Positions 52,166 through 64,000 of a stretch of 64,000 nucleotides of DNA are shown here, piece after piece; within the stretch, counting starts at the first letter, position 1, and each line of letters opens with the position of its first letter. A program made the translations under genes and the position numbers. The stretch is from Negaprion brevirostris (taxonomy: Eukaryota). Location of the stretch: NCBI GenBank assembly GCA_030324005.1, contig JARDVH010000132.1:91759905-91823904 (forward strand), given 5' to 3'. A model generated the notes under the pieces. It was not told the origin of the DNA. It worked only from the letters and a program-made list of their open reading frames with translations, and ran no database searches.

Positions 52166-52237
<72 letters not shown>
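52166..52237. repeat. Poly-G (72 nt) abutting an N gap; probable assembly artefact
   Basis: Directly visible. Confidence 0.85.
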
Positions 52238-53212
52238 NNNNNNNNNNNNNNNNNNNNNNNNNNNNNNNNNNNNNNNNNNNNNNNNNNNNNNNNNNNNNNN
52301 NNNNNNNNNNNNNNNNNNNNNNNNNNNNNNNNNNNNNCGCTCATGAGTACCAGAATCGGACTTTTAAAGAGATGTTTCCCAGACTGATCTGGATTGTGCG
52401 AACATGCTGGTAAAGTCTAGCGTTCTGGCAAATTGAGGGGTGCAGCTCGCTCATTGCATTGAGATGCATGCAAAAATATTTAAACTGACTTGCGCCCATT
52501 TTGGGCAGGTTCCTGATCATGCTGATTTTTTGGCCTTGCTAAAGTGGGAACTGGCACGAAAACTGGTGCAGATTGCGCTAGTCGCCTCATGACCAGTTTT
52601 ATCACATTTTCATGCCTGAAAATGGGCACAACGCAATGATAAAATTTCACCCTTGGTATTCAAACTCTGTAATTTAAACTGAGGCAGAGTGAACTGCTTT
52701 AGAATGCAAGGCCACATGTCAATGTGTGCCCACAAGGAAATGGGAAAATAGACACACATCAAAACACATCACTGTCTAAGGAGGACATTTTAAAATGCAA
52801 AGTGCTGGATATTGAAACAGTGGCTGCCACACCAGAATCCCTTGGAAATACACAATGGATGAAGTACAACAGGGTACATTGCAAATTCTGAAAAGAGACT
52901 CTGCATGACACTTCAGCAGAAGAGAAAGGTGAAGAGCTCTCTCTCTCAGAGCAAGTGAATTAACTGATTAGAGAATTCAACTTCCCAGAAATCCACCAAC
53001 AAACCAAGGTTGCGTAAAAGTTACACATCTTCTACATCAACATCCAAAAAACTAGCTAACATAAATCAGTTGCAACATTTAGCAATCTACACCTGAAGGA
53101 CAATCAAAGAACACTCTATTACTTCTTCTTTATTAGGCTCTAACTTTCCTTATTTCTGATACCTTATTTCCTTATTTCTATTTTTATTTCATTTTATCTT
53201 TGTCTTATGACT

Positions 53213-53935
53213 ATTCATAGAGTCATAGAGGTTAACAGCATGGCCCAACTTGTCCCTGCTGTCCTTTTGTTTTTTTAAACCCCTAAGCTAATCCCAATTG
53301 CCCGCATTTGGCCCATATCCCTCTATACCCATCTTACCCATGTAACNNNNNNNNNNNNNNNNNNNNNNNNNNNNNNNNNNNNNNNNNNNNNNNNNNNNNN
53401 NNNNNNNNNNNNNNNNNNNNNNNNNNNNNNNNNNNNNNNNNNNNNNNNNNNNNNNNNNNNNNNNNNNNNNNNNNNNNNNNNNNNNNNNNNNNNNNNNNNN
53501 NNNNNNNNNNNNNNNNNNNNNNNNNNNNNNNNNNNNNNNNNNNNNNNNNNNNNNNNNNNNNNNNNNNNNNNNNNNNNNNNNNNNNNNNNNNNNNNNNNNN
53601 NNNNNNNNNNNNNNNNNNNNNNNNCTAAATTAAACTCCATCTGCCATTCATCAGCCCACTGACCCAATTGATCAAGATCCTGTTGCAATCAAAGATAACT
53701 TTCTTCACTGTCCACCATGCCACCAATCTTGGTATCAAGTGCAAACTTACTAACCATGCCTCCTATATTCTTATCCAAATCATTAATATAAATGATAAAT
53801 AACAGTGGACCCAGAACTTCTCCCTGAGGCACACCACTGATCACAGGCCTCCAGTTTGAAAAACAACCCTTTATAACTACCCTCTGGCTTCTGGCAAGAA
53901 GCCAATTTTGTATCCATTTGGATACCTCACCCTGT
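53213..53935 (-). mobile_element. CR1 3' portion with an N gap
   Basis: QQDLDQLGQWADEWQMEFNL; [19 protein letters not shown]; catagagtcatagag tail. Confidence 0.92.
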
Positions 53936-54229
53936 AATTCAAATTTCTCTTTCTTTGTTTTATTGACTCCTTATTAAATAGGAAATATATTTGGATTTGG
54001 AAAGACATTTAAACCTTTATTGTAACCAACGGAAGAGGCTGGATGGAGGTGAGTCAGTTCATGGTTTCTAACCTGGTCGTACCATAGGTCAGTCTTGTAG
54101 CTGAAATCCTGATCTTTGGAGAGGGAAAAGTGAATTCATCTAATGGAATTATGTGGTGCATATTTGGAAATTGGATGTTGTATCAGTTGGTAGGGTTGAG
54201 CGATGTCATGATACCACCACTTCAAATGT

Positions 54230-54860
54230 TTCTTAGTGCCCTTCTTAACATTATGCCCATAGTAGCTATCATGTAGTATGCAACCACAGTTAGGCATATG
54301 GCTTCTGTAAAACATCTCCTGTGGTGCAAGGGATCCAAATTTCATGCCTGCAGTGTTTGGATTGAGGACAGGGGAAGAATTAAAGATGAGAACCTCTCAG
54401 TAATCTGCTCCCACAGCTCTGGCAGCTCACTTTATTTCTAGGCCATGCTCTGTTTTTGCTTCCACCAACTCTTTATCCCCTTCTGTATTTTCCTGCTTCG
54501 CTTCTTCCTCCTCAAGTATCATGAGTCTTTTGGTGAAAGGATAATAGTTGTCCCCAGCAAGCCAGATTGCCCTCACTGCTCTGCAAAGAACAAAGCTGGT
54601 AATGAGGACAACCACAGTATGTAAGTGAAGGGCTACTGCCAGGGAACTGAGCTTAGACGTGTTTGATTTTCCGCCTATGTTCATGAGTATGTTGCATATC
54701 GGCTAAGTGGGTGCTCTTCTTGTTTAGAAATGGTGCTGATTACTAATGGGAAGCATGCAGGGCTATTGGCCTGCAATCAGTGATGTCCTGTTCCATGTGA
54801 ATCTAGAAACACAAGGAAATCCCAGTACTCTTTCTTCAGATTGTCAGCCTTCATGAGGAA
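54230..54860 (-). pseudogene. Old HARBI1-like transposase remnant
   Basis: AQFPGS, IWLAGDNYYPFTKRLM (cf. WLLGDKGYPLxxWLM), GCILHD. Confidence 0.65.
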
Positions 54861-55439
54861 ATTAATGAAATACTGAAAGCTCACAAACAATATATCAGTG
54901 GCTTGCTGTATTGCTACTTACTTCAATAACTGATGTCCTCAAGTTGCAGAAGCAGTTTGGAGTGCACTGTTGGCTGAACTCCCTGGCATGCCATCTTCCC
55001 TGCAATCCCATGTCAATGATGACTTGCTGCATTCCTGGAGGCATTTCAGGGAATGACAGGAGACTTCAATGGCTGTGACTGATACTTAATTACCAACAAT
55101 GGGCTGCACCGCCAGCACAAACATTGTAAAATATTAAAACAGCTCAGACAGAATAATGAACCTCAAACAGTTTGGACTGCTAGTTCTGGTGACGTGCACC
55201 CAAATGGCAGATAAACAGATGTGACATGGACTTTGAAAGCTATTTGAAAAATCTAAACAGCTTGCTAGCATTGGAGATTGTTCTCTTGGATTGGAAGGAT
55301 ACTTATGTACTCCTAACTTTGATTTTCAAGCAAACCATAATGTAAAGGGGAGATGGATCCACATTTGGTAAATGGTACTTAACTTAGATGTCGTTTCATG
55401 CAATGTACAGGTCCAATAATAAGTATATTTACACCTTCA

Positions 55440-56295
55440 GGGTACAAAGCTCAATGCCATTCATAAAAGTTTTCATCTTGGAGAAGGGCAGAACTCTTTT
55501 AAGGTTCACAACGAATACCATGAAATGATAGGCCAAGGAAACAGGCATCAGATTGCTTGCCAGGACAATTCAACATAATACAAAACATACTATTCTGTCC
55601 TTCTCTAAGACTTTGTTTAGCCCCCATTTAGAATACTGTTATCAGTTTTGATCAGCTTGCATTTTGGGTAATATAACAGCTCAGGGAAAAGTTCATGGGA
55701 GGGCCACAATGATACACGGATGTTACCCAGCTTAAAACACCTTCATTACCCAGATAGACATAGAAAGCAGCATTTGTTTAGTTCAGAGATGCTCTGGCTC
55801 CAGGGCAATCTGATAGAGGTGTTTAAAATAATGAAGAGAAGACTATGATTATGTTGACAGATTATTTCAATTAGTTAGATTAAGGAGAACCAGGGGCCAT
55901 GTGTATAAATTACTCAAGGGCAGAGCTAGGTTAAGTGCCAAATGGTTCCTCTTTTCCCAGAGAATTATACCTGCAAACAATTGCCTTTGTCCAGTGACTG
56001 TTGCATTCTCTCAAACGAGAGTTGGCCTCCTGGATGATCCTGGCTGGGATCTTAATGTGTAAATTTGATGGGAAAATAAGTAATATAAATCACACTCAAA
56101 GTGCTCTCCTAGATTAGTACAGGGATAGGAGAGTTAATATTCCAGATATCATTTTCTTAGACTTTTAGCCTTTTCTTGTCTCTCTTGGATTTGATTGTTG
56201 CAGTCTGATGTGAACGATAATGATTATGGTGTCATAATTGTGTGAGGAAGGCTTGATGAAGAAGCTGATTTCCTCCTGTATATTTTTGCATGTTC
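55440..56295 (+). mobile_element. Old CR1 3' portion
   Basis: KTLFSPHLEYCYQF, QGNLIEVFKIM, RTRGHVYKL. Confidence 0.75.
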
Positions 56296-56708
56296 CAAAG
56301 AGTTAGTCAGGCATTGACATCACTAGGTGCTGCCACAGTCTTTGTAAAGAGAACCCTTCATTAACACACTACCAAGGTGAGGTCAGGTCAACTCACTCTC
56401 TCTTTCTGTTTCTCTGCAGATGTTGGGGTGCAGGAGCTGACAGAATGATACAGAGCCTTGACAATGTTTTCTGCATGTAGCATTTTCTCTAAATTTTTCT
56501 TCTCTATTGAAAATGTCAAGTCAGGGAATTCCCAGTGATTGACTCTTTGATGCTAGCAAAGAAGGCTTCAAGCAAAAACAAAGTAACAACGAGGAATGTC
56601 TAAGCATTAGCTGAACAAAAAACAAGGAGGATTTTTATAAATGCCAGCCCAACCTCAAGTCTGCAGTAAGAAGAGAGGATGTCGGGGAAACTCAGGAAGT
56701 CTGACTCT

Positions 56709-56830
56709 GAGTCAAAGGACTTGAAACGTTAACTCTGCTTTCTATCATAATAGATGCTGCCAGACCTGCTGAGCCTTTCCAGCATCCACTGTTCTTGTTT
56801 CAGATTCCAGCATCCACAGTGTTTGCTTAC
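56709..56830 (+). mobile_element. Penelope-like terminus, truncated within the hammerhead motif
   Basis: gagtc-aaag-gactt-GAAAC-GTT-aactctg..gatgctgccagacctgctgag. Confidence 0.7.
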
Positions 56831-57047
56831 TCAAGTCTGAAATACCTCCTTCCCATCATGTTTTCATTGATATGTTAGAAACTTCTGTTTCTGGACAGGC
56901 AGTGTTCCAGGAAATGCTGCGATTCCCTTTGCTGCCCTTTCACAGATGCCAGTGAAGAATCCATCTGTTTTGGATGGTGGATCAAATGGCGATGGGAATC
57001 TGGCAGAACTGATCTTCCAAAGTCCACAGTCTCGTAACAAAACTTAC

Positions 57048-57110
57048 CTCCTTGATTGAATCACAGTGCATTATTGCAGCTCTTTCGATACCATTGTCCA
57101 TTTGCCGAAC
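57048..57110 (-). CDS. Candidate coding exon B: VRQMDNGIERAAIMHCDSIKE, phase 0 to 0
   Basis: Acceptor ttattctctgaag, consensus donor GAG|gtaagt; 63 nt; other two frames contain stops; non-repetitive context. Confidence 0.7.
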
Positions 57111-58111
57111 CTTCAGAGAATAACATAATAGTGACATTACCATTAACACCACTAGAAACCCAGTTATATTCTTGGTCAATAGAACATTGAGGTTCTTATG
57201 ATAAACGGTAGCTTGTCAAACAATCTGGATCAGTACTTTTTAGCTTGTTGTGGCAATTTAGTTATTTATAGCAGATATCCCATTTGATTATCAAATAAGT
57301 TAACTGTTCTTGGCAATTATCAGTTAAAAAATGAAAATCGTTGCCTCAATAATTCCAATTTTAAAGTTCTAGAGTTAGAACATTGCATGTTTTAGTTTTG
57401 CTGGACTTGTGGATCAAAGCAGGATTTTCATGCATGCAACATAAACATAATTAAATGAATCAATATGCAAATGTTGACATTTAATATTTTCTTTTCCACT
57501 TGAATTTATTCAAGTACCACACAAATGCATCTGGAAGCATAAGTAGCCATTTGTGATACTGGCTCTAAGGTAATTCAAAATGTTTGATGAGATTTGGAGC
57601 TTGCTTGGCAATTGTATCATAAGGCTTGTTAAAACTGTGCCTATGTTATCTATGCTACATGTGCATATGGGTGTATTACTGATATTCAATGCTGTCAAAA
57701 GCTGTCTTCCTCTGAAAGGTCACCAGTACCCACCATTCATGCTAAGCAGTCGGACTAAAAGATCAAACACATTTTTATGCTGGTGCTGTCTCTTGGCAGT
57801 GAATTAATGGTGCATTTAATGTTTCAGGAAGTGATTTCCTGATGCTAGCTGTAACTCCTAGCGCTATAGTAAAAACTCCCCTGTTTATATTATAGGATGA
57901 TTTCTGCGGCACTGGATCCAGCTAGAAAGTAACTACACAGGTAAAAATTAGTACTCTTGCAATTGTTTTATCCTGCTCTTTGTTTTATAATCAGAAGTGG
58001 CATGCAGACATATTCAGGCATTACACCCGAGTTAATTATAAAGTCGACAGATTAGTTTGGAACCGACTCTGTTGAACTAGGAACTGGATTCCTTTGAAAT
58101 AAGGTTAGAGA

Positions 58112-58535
58112 GAACTTGCATTGATGTAGCATCTTTCAAATCCTCAGCACCACCCAAAGCACTTCAAGCCATTTTATGCACTTTTGAAGTAGTTGTTTTA
58201 ACGTGCACTATTGCAGTAGCCAATTTGATAATACCAAGGTGCACGTTGAAATAAATACCAGAAAATCCTCATTTCTGATTTTGGTTGAGAAATAATGCTG
58301 GCCAGAGCACTGGAGACCTTACCCATTCTTCAGATAGGGCAGTGTGATCTTTTATATCCACTTGTGATGTCAGGCAGGGCCTTGGTTTAATGTCTCACTT
58401 GGAAGATGACACATCCAATAGTGCAGCACTCCTTTACTACTGCACTAAAGTATCAGCCTTGATAATGTACTCAGGTCTCGGGAGAGAGGAGGGTTTGAAC
58501 CTATGGTCTTCTGATTCAAGGGTGAGAAAGTTTTG
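58112..58535 (-). mobile_element. Deu-domain SINE
   Basis: gggccttggtttaatgtctcac..agtgcagcactcc..tactgcact..tcagcct; B box tttgaacc; L2-type tail aacttgcattgatgtagc. Confidence 0.8.
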
Positions 58536-59313
58536 ATTGACAACTTGGTCAGGAAAGCAAACCCCAGCAATACCAGGTGACGTTGAGCCCCACTTGACCC
58601 TTTATTAAATGAATGCTCTAGAGTAAGGTACTACAATGGCCTTATTTTCAAGAATGTACCTGAAAAGCATAATCTTAATGCACTTAAAAATAAAACATAT
58701 TTTGAGGTAGAGTTTCCACAGGAGAGATGGCAAACAAATAGCATAGATTGCTGTTTACACTGCTTCTTCTGGGTTTCTTCCAATCTTCTGCAAAGGTTAT
58801 GGTAGAAGACTGGAAGAATCCACTGGGAAAACTTTATCTAAATATTCCTGAACACAAACATTTTTAAGGATCATATTGTGCAGCAGAAGGCATTATGATC
58901 AGAGCCTTTATTTCTGTGATGAACAATGAAATATATATTTTAAACAGCAGTGAGTTATGTCCAAGTTTGCACTGCTGACATCATCAATGGAAAATCAAGT
59001 GCAGTGCACTGCCTAACTTTCCAATAAGTGCAGTAACAAAACAAAGCAATTTTGTCTTCAATTTAGCATTTTATCTGCACCTTTCATTCTATCAAGTTAC
59101 ATGTGGTTATTAAAATCTATCTTCACTCACACAACTCACATTCAGTTTAACGTAAACGATTTGTGCAAATGTTAGTCAGTCTGTCTCAGTCTAATATCTG
59201 AGGAAAGGATCAAGCCATTCAATTCAAATATAAACATCTTTCAGGATGTATTCAAATATGTGGTTGATTGGCAGTAGTTATTAAATATTTAACAGACAGT
59301 TGTATAAATTTAC

Positions 59314-59402
59314 TTGTCCTGGCTTGATTTTTTTGAAGATATTCATCAAACTGTGTGTTGTGATGTGTTTATGGTCTTGAAAGACAGATAGGCAGGTGGC
59401 TT
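59314..59402 (-). CDS. Candidate internal coding exon A of an unidentified host gene: (E)ATCLSVFQDHKHITTHSLMNIFKKIKPGQ, phase 1 to 0
   Basis: Strong acceptor ttcttttattttccctaccatctgcag, donor CAA|gtaaat; 89 nt; only one of three frames open; ends in phase 0, matching exon B. Confidence 0.7.
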
Positions 59403-60559
59403 CTGCAGATGGTAGGGAAAATAAAAGAACTGTTACATATTATTTATATCATAGCTTGGCATAGCAATTATGCACTGTTTATTATTTTCTATCGCATGAG
59501 AAGCTGGCTAAGTTTACCAATCATTACAAAATATATGTTGTGCTGTTGTTGCTATCGCTAATCTTTTCCTGTTAACAGGTTTATTGGGTAATTGAAGCCA
59601 AAGTTAACTTCGAGTGTCGTGTGAATGTGCTGCTTTCTCAAGACAAGATGGACCTCATGAAGCATGGGATAAAACTGATTTCGATTGAAGAGGGATTTCT
59701 TTTCATTCTTTAAGCAGGGGATAATGCTTGACCAGGATCACAGGAGTCTCCTTGCATACAGCAGAATGAAATACAGAAAGAAAACATATCTAGAGTTAAA
59801 AGACAATAAACATGTCCAAAAATGTAACATGCAGAGCCATCAATCAAGACTGGGAATTTGAATTGGGAAAATTATTTTCTCAATCCTGACTTGCCAAATT
59901 CTATGCAAGGCAACAAATATTGTAAGTTTATTTGTATTTAAGATACTTATATGCCCTAGCAGACATTGGACAGGATTTTCCAGTTTTGTGGTGAGTGTGG
60001 TTGGAAAATGTGTTTCAGAATGTGTTTCAGAACATCTAGACTTTTGAAAATCACCATGAAAAGACTACCCATCACCATTTTACCAGAATGAACAACATGC
60101 AGCTTAGAAGCAAGGAGTATAACTAACCCATACTCAAAGGGAACTCTAGCTGGCAATATATATTAGTTTAGAATCTATTTATGGCTTAATTTTATACGAT
60201 ATATTTCACTGGAGCTCCCATTTAGATATGTGTCACCTGATTTCTGCCTCCAACTATTTCAATGGCACCTTGTGTGAATAAGGTATAATGTGAAGATTAT
60301 TTTGCTGCTGAGCCGTTTAAAATTAGAAAGGACCCCAAATATCATTTGTGAAACATCCACCAGAGCAGATAGCAATATAAACATTGCCAATTTTTTGATC
60401 AAAAATGGAAGGATAAGATTTTGCTCAATAATTCATCGTGTTTCTTCATCTGACACCATGGAGTTTTGTCTTATTTTTACTACTTCGGAGTTCATCTGGT
60501 GGAGTGCAGATGGGAATGTCTGCTTCACAGGTTCATGAGACTCAGATCTGCCAATGGAA

Positions 60560-61030
60560 ACTTTTAGGACTTTCAGTAGACAACATGCAAATGCATCACA
60601 CCAGTAACTGATACCATGTTTGCCAGGACAGGCAATCATATACATTTTGCCATCAATTATGCTAGAATGAGTGAGTGCTCAGGTTTGAGGTTCTGGCTGC
60701 CTTCCCACACATTCAGGGCATTGTCAACTGCTTCCAGATCAGGAGTATTCATCTACCACATGGGTTTCAACTCCTTCACTGTTTATCTGGAGTACAAAAA
60801 TATGATTGTGCAGATGTGTGTAAGATTTCCAGGCAGCTGCCATGATCTTTTCTTCTTTTCCCTGATCACTTCACATCCTGAAGTAGAATACCGACTGCTT
60901 GAAAACAAAGGGTCCCCACTTAAAAAGTGGCTGATGACACTTGTAAAGAATCCAACCAATGAAACTGAGGAATTGTGGTGATTGTTCCTTGAAGGGCAAC
61001 ACAGCAGAGTAAGGGCCACACAGACTGTGT
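60560..61030 (+). pseudogene. HARBI1-like transposase remnant
   Basis: AAFPHIQG, MGFNSFTV, VRFPGSCHD, LLENKGSPLKKWLMT. Confidence 0.8.
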
Positions 61031-61639
61031 GACCAATCGGGATTCAGTGTGTGGAATCACCGCTTGGTGAAAGAGGCTCCCAGGCAAAGGTACAGTTTGG
61101 GAGCTAACTACAGTTGCTGAACAATGCTTCTTAATAAATCATTTTTGTGTTCATTAATGAAGCCTATGAAAATGCATCTTTACATCTGACAATGAGGATA
61201 AAGTATCCTGACACTGCCTCTGGTCCAACACTGTCCGTGTCCTATTTTAATCAAAGTCTGAAAAGAAAGTGCTAACCAGAATATCTCTCTTTGGGCAGAT
61301 GGACTCGTTTGACTCCTCCACGGAGGACTGAACATAATACATCGGCACCTTGGATATTATTTCCAAGAAAATTAAACAAGGGAGGAGGTGAAACACAAAG
61401 CAATTCTCTTAAGTGTTTGTGGTACTCAGACCTATAACTTTATTCATAGTCTTACAGCCCCAAGCACACCCAACTATAAATCATAGACTAAGTGAAGGCT
61501 CAATGTCAACCTCAACTATCAGCCATGATCTACCGATTCAAAGTTAATTTGAAGATGAGACCCCAGGTGAATCGATCATGACTTCCAGGGCTAAACTGAA
61601 GCAACTATCAGCATATTGTAATTTTAGTGCCATTCTATA

Positions 61640-62200
61640 CAAAATGTTAAGAATAGATTAGTCTGTTGTGCAGATAGTGATGCTATTCAACGCAGATTGC
61701 TTGCTGTGGTTGCCATAATTTTAAATGAGCATCGGAGATAGTGCTTGCCATGAAAAGCTTTGAGTAAGGTGCAAAAGAGCTGCAGAGCACACAAAAACTG
61801 AGCGATTCACCAGTTTGGGCAGGAACCTACTGCAAGCTGTGGCACCAATGCCACCAAAGCAGCTGCAAAGCTGAAAACAAGTTCAGCCACCAACAAAACA
61901 AAAATATACAGAATAGGCTGGTGGTCAGTAATGCTTAAAATGGAATGTTACCAATGTAGAGGTAACCACACTCCTGGACCTTGTCAGTTAAAGGAGATTG
62001 AGTATTTTTATTGTCACAAAAGAGGATATTTGATAAAGCAGTGCAGAGCTTTGAGTAATTGTTCAAATAGGATGTTATAAATATACAACGTGGAATAGCT
62101 TACCACCTCTGATTCTGGTATTCACTCAGTTAAATCCAAAAACAGGCAGATTGACCCTATTACTGTAATGCTCCAAGTAAATGGGAAGCCTGTGAAGATG
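61640..62200 (+). mobile_element. Gypsy-type gag/protease remnant
   Basis: RLVC..DAIQRRLLA; zinc-knuckle-like CYQCRGNHTPGPC and FYCHKRGYLIKQC; PITVMLQVNGKPVKM. Confidence 0.75.
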
Positions 62201-64000
62201 CACTTTGCACAACATTGTGGACTTCCCTTGATGCAGGTTTCCCTTTTCCTTCCTTCCCCTATTTGCAATCACCTTTATTTCTTCATTTCCTCAACCACTT
62301 CCCTTAAAGCTGAGAACAGTTTCCTGTTGCATGAAATCCAGTTCTTCCATAACATTCCCATGGGCTTGAGAGTTCTGCCTCCAACATGGCAACGAGATCA
62401 AGAAGGTAAAACCAATATCATTATGGGCATATCCTGCCTGTGCCATTCTGTGAAGACCAGGCTATCATTCCTCAAGGATGATATGTGGAAAACGAAGGAT
62501 TTTGTCACTAACAATTTATGAAACGATTTATTCATAATATACCCACTGCATTGCTCTGCTTTACTTGTGAGTGTATAGTATTTGGGTTCTAGATAGAGCT
62601 GAATCAGCTTGAATGTTGAAAAATACAGTTATATGACTGATATGGTGTAAAATTTATTTAAAGCCAAGAGCTGCATAGCTTGCTTTTGTTTAGTAAAAGT
62701 GAAATAAAGCAGTGCACTGACACAATAACCACAGTGCAGTTCAAACTCATCTGTGAGTACATAATAAAAATGTGTTACGACATGAACCAACAGAAACATG
62801 AAAGGAAAAAAAAGATCAGTCAGCAGCTGTTCTTTGGATGGGAATGTCTGTCACACCAAAGACTTCAAACCAAAATGCTATCTACTAAACTAATTCAGGT
62901 TTTTGACAATAAAAATAAATACTAATTATACTACTACTATAGACTACTATTATACTATTAATTATATCAATTATATATTTTGGTAATATTAGCAGTAAAA
63001 TTGAAGTGGTTTTGTTTTATCACTGTTACATTTAGTGTTGTCTGTATGGAGCTCTGAAACAATTATGATCCGATTAAGATTGGCAGAGGAATATGCATGG
63101 ACAGGTCTCTAATTTGCCTTTGTGTGTCAGCATTTTCACATAGTGATTTTGTTAATGCTTCTGGGTCAAAGTGAGTTTGCTTTTCAAGGCAACAGTGCAC
63201 ACACATTTCATAAAATATGCAATGGCCAAGCCAGAGGAGCAACTAATTCACAATGTCAACTTGATCTGCTGTGCAACTGAACCAGCCATTAATTTTTTAT
63301 GGATATGCTAAAAGTTTGTAGCACCTGTTTATGATTGAAGATTGCCTTATTTGTCTTTGATGAAACTTTGATCACTGAACTTTGGATTCCAGACAACCTT
63401 TCAGCAAAATGTAGACTTCAAAAACACCTCCTCATCATCTGATGAATGTCTCTGCCACATTCCAGTGAATGTGCCCTGAGTTTGGGCTGAGCATCGGAAA
63501 CAGATTTGGCCATTTCAGCCAGTCTACAGATTTGGGTATCATGCAGTTTTTAAACTTTCACCATTGGTAAGCTAATATAATACCATTTCACCTTAGAACT
63601 TGTTATGAGAAACAGAATTCTTTTCCTTCTACTCTAATTTTCCTCAAATATTGAATATGTCAAATGGCTTCGATTTTACCCTGTCACAGTGGTATGCCAC
63701 AATGAATACAGTACCCAGAACAAATCCTTGTATGAATCAAATTTGGTTTTGGGTGAATTAGTCCAGGGAGAAATTTGATCCAAGGTGGGATCAAAGTCTT
63801 TGGCCAAAATGGAACCCAAGATCTTAGGCAGGAAGTTGTCATTAAAGGTAAGGAGAGACATGATGGGATAGGATAAGCGAGCATTAAGGTTATTTAGCAT
63901 TGCATAGCAAGATATAGTATTTACAACTCACAAGCCATCTGCCCAACAGAATCATAATCATAATTATGTTTCACCCAGCTTCCTCCCATCCTCTTCTCCC

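Larger units (their letters stand above)
48388..52652. mobile_element. Near full-length PIF/Harbinger transposon (~4.3 kb) with convergent Myb-like and transposase genes
   Basis: TIRs gggcggtattttaccatt / aatgataaaatttcaccc (14/18); both ORFs inside; no matching 3-bp TSD. Confidence 0.8.

Noticed and set aside
52012-52413. Poly-Pro/poly-Gly ORFs
   Set aside because: Produced by a poly-G run and Ns at a gap edge
53347-53624. N-runs as biological features
   Set aside because: Gaps or masking, mostly within repeats; they create artificial X-rich ORFs
63676-63900. 74-aa minus-strand ORF as an upstream exon
   Set aside because: End phase (2) is incompatible with exon A; no recognisable motif; may be old repeat

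Overview
Eukaryotic, AT-rich (roughly 42% GC by eye), repeat-dense DNA. The repeat families recognised are HE1/V-SINEs, Deu-domain SINEs, CR1, L2, Rex1, Penelope-like elements and many PIF/Harbinger elements, which points to a cartilaginous fish (shark-like; inference). Almost all ORFs in the supplied track are spurious or transposon debris. Reading splice signals by hand gives five short minus-strand coding exon candidates (59314-59402, 57048-57110, 38738-38783, 25697-25799, 11607-11713). Two of their junctions are phase-compatible, suggesting the window is mostly intron of one large gene I cannot name. The introns hold a near full-length two-gene Harbinger (48388-52652) with many relatives and MITEs, several Penelope termini carrying decayed minimal hammerhead ribozyme motifs, a ~620-bp local copy inserted into a transposon intron, multi-level nested insertions, and up to four SINE/LINE tail-sharing pairs. 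Repeat boundaries are approximate unless stated. All family calls come from motif recognition by eye, not database searches.
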